From an uncultured Fibrobacterota bacterium (GTDB taxonomy: Bacteria; Fibrobacterota; Chitinivibrionia; Chitinivibrionales; FEN-1185), in the NCBI GenBank assembly GCA_963729895.1, contig CAVSQB010000025.1:16819-80818 (forward strand): a DNA stretch of 64,000 nt, given 5' to 3'. Each line of letters opens with the position of its first letter. Position 1 is the stretch's first letter. The translations under genes and the position numbers were made by a program. Positions 56,106 through 64,000 of the stretch are shown piece by piece. Under the pieces are notes generated by a model. It was not told where the DNA came from. It did not search any database and saw only the letters and a list, made by a program, of their open reading frames with translations.

Positions 56106-57728
56106 GTGTCCTCCCGCGACATTCTTATTTCCATCGTTATTGTCAATTTCAGGGTCCCCGAGTACCTGAAACGGATGCTTCTTTCCCTTCGCGAGGCCGA
56201 CCTGTACGGCCAGTCGGAAGTCATTATCGTTGACAATGCCTCCCACGACGATTCGAGAAAACTCATCACTGCGGAATTTCCGGAAGTTATCTGGGTGGGG
56301 CTCAAGAACAACATCGGGTTCGGCAAGGCGTGCAACGTTGGGGCGAAAAGCGGCCGCGGTACGTTCTTGCTTTTCTTGAACCCGGACACGCTGGTTTCCA
56401 AGAACACGCTCCGGGAATGCGCCGAATTCATGCGGTCGCACCGGGACGCAGGAATGATGGGGCCCAAAATCCTCAATGCCGACGGCTCGCTGCAGGCAGG
56501 ATGCAGGCGCAGTTTTCCTTCACCGCTCGTGGCGTTTTACCGCTTGGCCGGCTTGAGCAGGCTTTTTCCCAAGAGCAGGCGGTTCGGCCGCTACAACCTC
56601 TCGTATCTCGATCCGGACGCGCTCTCCGAAGTGGACGCCGTGTCGGGATCGTTCATGTTCATGCCTGCCCAGCTTTTCCGTGAAATCAAAGGGTTCGACG
56701 AGACGTTTTTCATGTACGGCGAAGACCTCGATCTATGCTGCCGCATACGGGGAAAAGGGTACAAAATCTGGTACAACCCGGCAACCCAGATCATCCATTT
56801 CAAGGGCAGGAGCGCGGCGAAGCAGACATGGAAATCGAGAAAAGCGTTCTACGAAGCCATGATAATTTTTTCGCGAAAGTACAAACACACCCGCGCGTCG
56901 TTCTTTCCGGGATGGCTCATTTTTGTGGGCATCATGCTGCAGGCCGGCATCAATTTCACGGGCGACATCTTCAGAACATTCACCGCTTTCTTCATCGACC
57001 TGCTGGTCATTAATGAAATCCTGTGGTGCGGGATCAGCATCTGGTTTTACGTCTTGTCAAAGGGCAGTCCCTACAGCGGCGGCAGCGTCGGTGTGCTGCT
57101 CCTCATGCACCTTTTGCTTTCGGTGAGTTTCCTCGGGATTTTCCTTTACAGGGGCGTGTATTCCAAGGAACGGTACTCGGTAGGCAACGCCTTCGCCTCG
57201 GGCTTCATGGCCTCAGTCATTTTTGTGGCCGCAGTGTTCTTCATGAAATCGATGGCATTGTCCCGCATCGCGTTCGGCGTTTCAACAATCATCATCACCT
57301 TTACCCTTGTTGCCTGGCGCGAGGGCCTGCCGAGAATCGTCAAGCGTTTCAAGCGCTTCGTCTTCAGCACGGGCAACGTGGTAATCCTCGGATCGGATGA
57401 AGTCGCGGGTGCGCTTATCAAGAACTTCGAAGAAGACAGTTCCGCCAACATTCGGGGAGTGTTATGGCCCGTCAAGGAGCAGTATCCCGGCGAGTTCATG
57501 GGCTACCCTGTGCTGGGCCACATCGAAAACATCAAAGATGTCCTGTCGCGCGACCGCGTGGACCTCTTGCTTATCGCCACTCGCCAGCCGTGGTATTCGC
57601 ACCTCATCGAAGCTCTTGCGACAGTCAAGGTACGGAATCTCACCATCCGCTGGGTCCCCACCGAGCTTTTCGGGTGTTCGCAGGAAAAACTGCCCGGGGT
57701 GATTCCGTTGAGGGATTTTTCGGTGTGA
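56106..57728 (+). CDS. GT2 glycosyltransferase fused to TM segments and a Rossmann-like sugar-transferase accessory domain
   Basis: VDNAS.D, N.GFGKACN, LNPDT, FMYGEDLD, then 4-5 TM helices and VVILG...GYPVLG. Confidence 0.85.
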   Translation: MSSRDILISIVIVNFRVPEYLKRMLLSLREADLYGQSEVIIVDNASHDDSRKLITAEFPEVIWVGLKNNIGFGKACNVGAKSGRGTFLLFLNPDTLVSKNTLRECAEFMRSHRDAGMMGPKILNADGSLQAGCRRSFPSPLVAFYRLAGLSRLFPKSRRFGRYNLSYLDPDALSEVDAVSGSFMFMPAQLFREIKGFDETFFMYGEDLDLCCRIRGKGYKIWYNPATQIIHFKGRSAAKQTWKSRKAFYEAMIIFSRKYKHTRASFFPGWLIFVGIMLQAGINFTGDIFRTFTAFFIDLLVINEILWCGISIWFYVLSKGSPYSGGSVGVLLLMHLLLSVSFLGIFLYRGVYSKERYSVGNAFASGFMASVIFVAAVFFMKSMALSRIAFGVSTIIITFTLVAWREGLPRIVKRFKRFVFSTGNVVILGSDEVAGALIKNFEEDSSANIRGVLWPVKEQYPGEFMGYPVLGHIENIKDVLSRDRVDLLLIATRQPWYSHLIEALATVKVRNLTIRWVPTELFGCSQEKLPGVIPLRDFSV

Positions 57729-57797
57729 TGAAATGATTTATATTACTCATTGGAAATCGAACTGAGTGCGCCGACACAACGGGAACGAGAAGCATAC

Positions 57798-58703
57798 ATG
57801 GCCGAAGACCGGAACGACAACCTGCAGCCCGACGGCACCGATCCTGTGCCTTCACAGACCGAGGCCGTTTCTGCCCCGGAAGAAACGGTGGCCATCGAAA
57901 CCACTGATGCTTCCGTCGCGGAGAATACCGCCGCGCTCAAAGCGGAAAGCGAGAAAGACGTTCCCCTTCCCGACAGCGACTCCCCGGACAATCCCGTGCG
58001 CGTGCTCGAGGCGCTGCTGTTTGCCTCGGACGAAATCTTGACAACCGACAGAATCAAGGCGATTGTCCCGGGCATGCCGGACGGACGCAAAATACGGCAG
58101 ATGGTGGAAAAAATCAACGTTCAGTTCGGCAAGGAGCGCCACCCGTTTGAGATCGCGGAGATCGGCGGAGGATATCAGTTCCGCACCGTGTCCTATTATT
58201 ATCCATGGGTCGTCCAGCTCTTTAAAGAGAAAGCGGCAAAGAAACTCTCGATCCAATCGCTTGAGTGCCTTGCTATCATCGCATACAAGCAGCCGATCAC
58301 CAAGGCGGAAATAGAATCGATCCGTGGGGTGCTTTCCGACGGCGCGATGAAGACGCTGTTGGAGAAACGCCTCGTCACCATTACGGGCCGCAGCGAAAAA
58401 GCGGGGAGGCCGTTGCTGTATGGGACAACAAAGGAGTTTCTCGCATATTTCGGGATCAACAAGATTGCCGACCTTCCCCGGATCGAGGAGTTCGAGGCAA
58501 TGGCAAAGGAAAAACTCGGCGACCTTACGGAAATGGAACTAAAGTCAATGGAGGCCGAAAAGGTCCCGGCCCCGGCCGAAGGAACCGTCGCCGTGCCGTC
58601 CGCCTCCGGAGCCGAAGACTCACAGGCGCCGGCGGGTTCCGAGAGCGCCGGTGAAGAAACGGTCGTCATCGAGCAGGAAAATCCTGCCCCCGACAGGCCG
58701 TAG
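57798..58703 (+). CDS. scpB: SMC-Scp complex subunit ScpB
   Basis: LEALLFAS, GGYQFRT, LAIIAYKQPITKAEIE.IRGV, GRPLLYGTT..FL.YFG. Confidence 0.93.
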   Translation: MAEDRNDNLQPDGTDPVPSQTEAVSAPEETVAIETTDASVAENTAALKAESEKDVPLPDSDSPDNPVRVLEALLFASDEILTTDRIKAIVPGMPDGRKIRQMVEKINVQFGKERHPFEIAEIGGGYQFRTVSYYYPWVVQLFKEKAAKKLSIQSLECLAIIAYKQPITKAEIESIRGVLSDGAMKTLLEKRLVTITGRSEKAGRPLLYGTTKEFLAYFGINKIADLPRIEEFEAMAKEKLGDLTEMELKSMEAEKVPAPAEGTVAVPSASGAEDSQAPAGSESAGEETVVIEQENPAPDRP

Positions 58704-58720
58704 GCTCGCCGAATTGTTTC

Positions 58721-61393
<2,673 letters not shown>

Positions 61394-61462
61394 CAGGAGA
61401 AATGGAGGCGACGACTATTTGCTTCGGTCGGGCAACTGGATATCCGGAATCAAGGATCAAGC

Positions 61463-61545
61463 TATGGAAAGGGCTTTGCCCTTTAGATCCCGTGAGGAAA
61501 ATGCTTGTAATATTCCCCCTCCAAACCTCCCCCGCCGGGAGGCTT
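61463..61545 (+). repeat. Dispersed ~85-bp repeat family B, copy 2
   Basis: tatggaaagggct.tgccctttagatcccg...ggaaaatgctt...cccctccaaacctcccc...gggaggctt. Confidence 0.85.
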
Positions 61546-61616
61546 TTTACGGTGGGCCAGAAATCTGTTGACAAATTAGTCGATAGTCAATCGGGTGGCG
61601 CACCGTAACATTCTTA

Positions 61617-62912
61617 AGGGGACCTCTAAAAATTGCCTAATTTGCCCAATTAATGCTTGACAAAGGCTATTTCGTCAATTATTTTAATTCCAGACAACAA
61701 ACCTGCGAACCCACTACCGTCTGGAGGATATTGCGATGGGACAGATAGGCCTTTTTGACCTTGAGAATCGCCTTTCCGAGCTTTCCGAAATGGGAGACCC
61801 TCTTGAAACCATCAATCGGGCCATACGTTGGAAGAGTTTTCGTCCTGTTATTGACAAGGCTTTTCGCAAGGAACGGAAGAGCAACGCCGGTCGTCCACCG
61901 TACGATTATATCCTGATGTTCAAGATTCTCGTGTTGCAGACGATGTATGGGCTTTCCGATGCGCAAACCCAGTTTCAGATTCTGGACCGATTGACGTTCA
62001 AACGGTTTCTTGAACTCACTTCCGAGGATAGCATTCCCGACGAGAAAACGGTCTGGTTGTTTCGGGAAACGCTGACACAAGCAGGCGTTGTCAAGAAGCT
62101 GTTTGACCTGTTCGGTCGTCAGTTGAACGAAGCGGGTTACACTGCCCAGAAAGGCCAAATAATAGATGCGAGTTTTGTCGAGGTACCTCGCCAGAGAAAC
62201 ACGCGGGAGGAGAATAAAGAAATCAAGAACGGGGGCACGCCGCAGGAATGGGAAAAGCACCCTGAGAAACTTCGTCAGAAAGATGTTGATGCGCGATGGA
62301 CGAAGAAGAACGATCAGACGTTTTTTGGCTACAAGAACCATGCGTCGGTAGACGCGAAGCATAAAATCATTCGAGACTATGCGGCGACATCCGCAGAAGT
62401 GCACGACTCCAATATGCTTGAACCTCTCCTTAATCCTGAGAACACGAACGCGGACGTGTTTGCCGACAGCGCGTATCATTCGGAAAAGGCGGAACAAAGG
62501 CTTGATTATCTCTGGTACAGAAGCAAAATATGTGTCAAAGGGACTCGTGGCGCACCATTGACGGAAGCACAATTGGCACAGAACCGGAAGAAATCCAAAG
62601 TCAGATCGCGTATAGAACATGTGTTTGCTCAAATAGAAATCATGTTTCGTGGCAGGATCAGGTGTATCGGGCGGCTGAGGGCCGCGGCGAAGATAGGACT
62701 CCTGAACCTGGTTTACAACATAAAACGCTTTGCATATCTTGAGTGCCACGCCTGAAAAGCGGGACAGGACCGCACAAGGCCCCCAAAGGGACCGAAAAAA
62801 GAACAGTTTTGGGCACCTATCAGACAAATAGACGCCCTGACATCGCGAAATAATACTATCTGTCAACATGATCTTGGAATCTACTATTTTACAGAATTTT
62901 TAGAGGTCCCCT
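61617..62912 (+). mobile_element. IS5-family insertion sequence
   Basis: Perfect TIR aggggacctctaaaaatt / aatttttagaggtcccct; TA/TTA-type flanks (exact TSD ambiguous). Confidence 0.9.
61736..62755 (+). CDS. IS5-family transposase
   Basis: GRPP, LSD...ILDRL.F.RFL, IPDEKT.W.FRE, IIDAS, GYK.H, ADSAY, RSRIEHVF. Confidence 0.93.
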   Translation: MGQIGLFDLENRLSELSEMGDPLETINRAIRWKSFRPVIDKAFRKERKSNAGRPPYDYILMFKILVLQTMYGLSDAQTQFQILDRLTFKRFLELTSEDSIPDEKTVWLFRETLTQAGVVKKLFDLFGRQLNEAGYTAQKGQIIDASFVEVPRQRNTREENKEIKNGGTPQEWEKHPEKLRQKDVDARWTKKNDQTFFGYKNHASVDAKHKIIRDYAATSAEVHDSNMLEPLLNPENTNADVFADSAYHSEKAEQRLDYLWYRSKICVKGTRGAPLTEAQLAQNRKKSKVRSRIEHVFAQIEIMFRGRIRCIGRLRAAAKIGLLNLVYNIKRFAYLECHA

Positions 62913-64000
62913 TATTTCTTTCATGACGGAAAGAAATTTAGCGGTCTTCCTCCTTACATTATCATGGAGTTCGCGAACCAAGGAAATCTAGCAAATCTAA
63001 TTTTCAACAAATCAAAAACAGGCCAGTTCTTTAAAGACGACGAACTTGTTTCAATGTTTCAGCAATTGATAAATGGTATGACAGCAATTAACGCCGTACT
63101 GGTTCACAGGGATATTAAACCCGACAACATTTTGATTCACGATGGTGTCCTTAAGATTTCCGATTTCGGATTAGCAAAGGTTGCCATTCAACAGACAAGA
63201 ACCGCGACTTTTAAAGGCATTGGACATCTGGCTTATTTGGCACCTGAAGGATGGCAAGGGGAAGCCAACACGATTCAAATGGATATATATTCGATGGGAC
63301 TGGTGTTTTATCAATTAGCAACATTGTGCCAGGCTTATGAGGTCGATCAAAACGGTGACCAGACCGAAAAATGGAGATCTGCACATCTTTTTACTGCTGC
63401 AAAACCGGCAAAACACAAAAATCAGAATATTTCAAATAGTCTCAATGATCTAATTCGCAAAATGATAGAAAAGAGCATTTCCAATCGTTGTAAAGATTGG
63501 AAGGAAGTGCAAGCCGGGTTGGATAAGCACACTACCCCTGCGGGTACACATGCCGCTTCAATCGAGTCAATCGTCGGGAAAATTAGTCAAATAGAAACTC
63601 TGGAAACAAAACAACAACTTGAAGCAAAGAAAGCGGCTAAAGATAAACAAGATTTTGAAAATCTTGTTGCGTACGAATTTGAAAACGGAATAATCTGTAC
63701 CTTGAAGGAATGGGCTGAAGCGTTCAATGGTAAGAGTGTTACCGCTCAATTTCAAATATCCTCTTTTCGCGGAATGCAGGGAACAGCGGGAAAATTCAAT
63801 TATGAAGCAGATATTGCAGGTAGACTTAAGCTCGAAATTCGCATTGTGCCCATATTCAATTTCAAGTGGCGATTTGAAAGACAAGTTCAGGAATATGATA
63901 GGTTCTTTAATCGTGCGGAGGAAATAGAACCAAATCTGGATGGAGTAAAAATAAAGGCATGGGGGCACATTGTAGATTCAGATAAACGGGGCATGAATCT
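62913..64000 (+). pseudogene. 5'-truncated Ser/Thr protein kinase (open to the window end; absent from the ORF track)
   Basis: Frame +3 reads YFFHDG..PPYIIMEFANQGNL...VHRDIKPDNIL...KISDFGLAK...YLAPE...DIYSMG with no stop to 64000; Gly-loop/VAIK N-lobe missing at the IS5 junction; AT-rich. Confidence 0.85.

Noticed and set aside
61595..61617. VAHRNIL left of IS5 as the missing kinase segment
   Set aside because: An in-frame stop lies 6 codons upstream, and removing the IS with any plausible TSD does not restore the frame.

Overview
Chromosomal window from a moderately GC-rich diderm bacterium. FISUMP domains, InlB-B/FN3 lipoproteins, CsgG-like proteins and FlgD/T9SS-like C-terminal domains suggest Fibrobacterota (Chitinivibrionia-like); this placement is inference. 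Housekeeping genes: moxR-type ATPase, trpE-G-C-F, valS, gltA, fabG, slt-like, ino1, two GT2 enzymes, scpB, mutS. The main accessory feature is a ~16 kb minus-strand envelope redox locus (8028-23847) of unknown function. It encodes an outer-membrane propeller/barrel protein, four Tat-exported DUF362 proteins (two with secretion-type C-terminal tails, one an FN3 lipoprotein), three DUF6599-like lipoproteins, a NapH-NapG-like polyferredoxin and a Cys-rich two-CW/LuxR regulator. Also present: a candidate unusual-lipid set (two B12 radical SAMs, a phytoene-desaturase-family enzyme, EamA, fabG); three IS elements (dead IS630, an ISNCY-like element inserted at a start codon, an IS5 that truncates an AT-rich Ser/Thr kinase); a RAYT with its REP inside its own CDS; several other dispersed repeat families; two perfect TGTGA-N6-TCACA boxes; and three candidate non-coding RNAs, one with a near-consensus promoter and terminator. 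No rRNA, tRNA, CRISPR array or reverse transcriptase was seen. All calls are by-eye motif recognition; no database searches were run.
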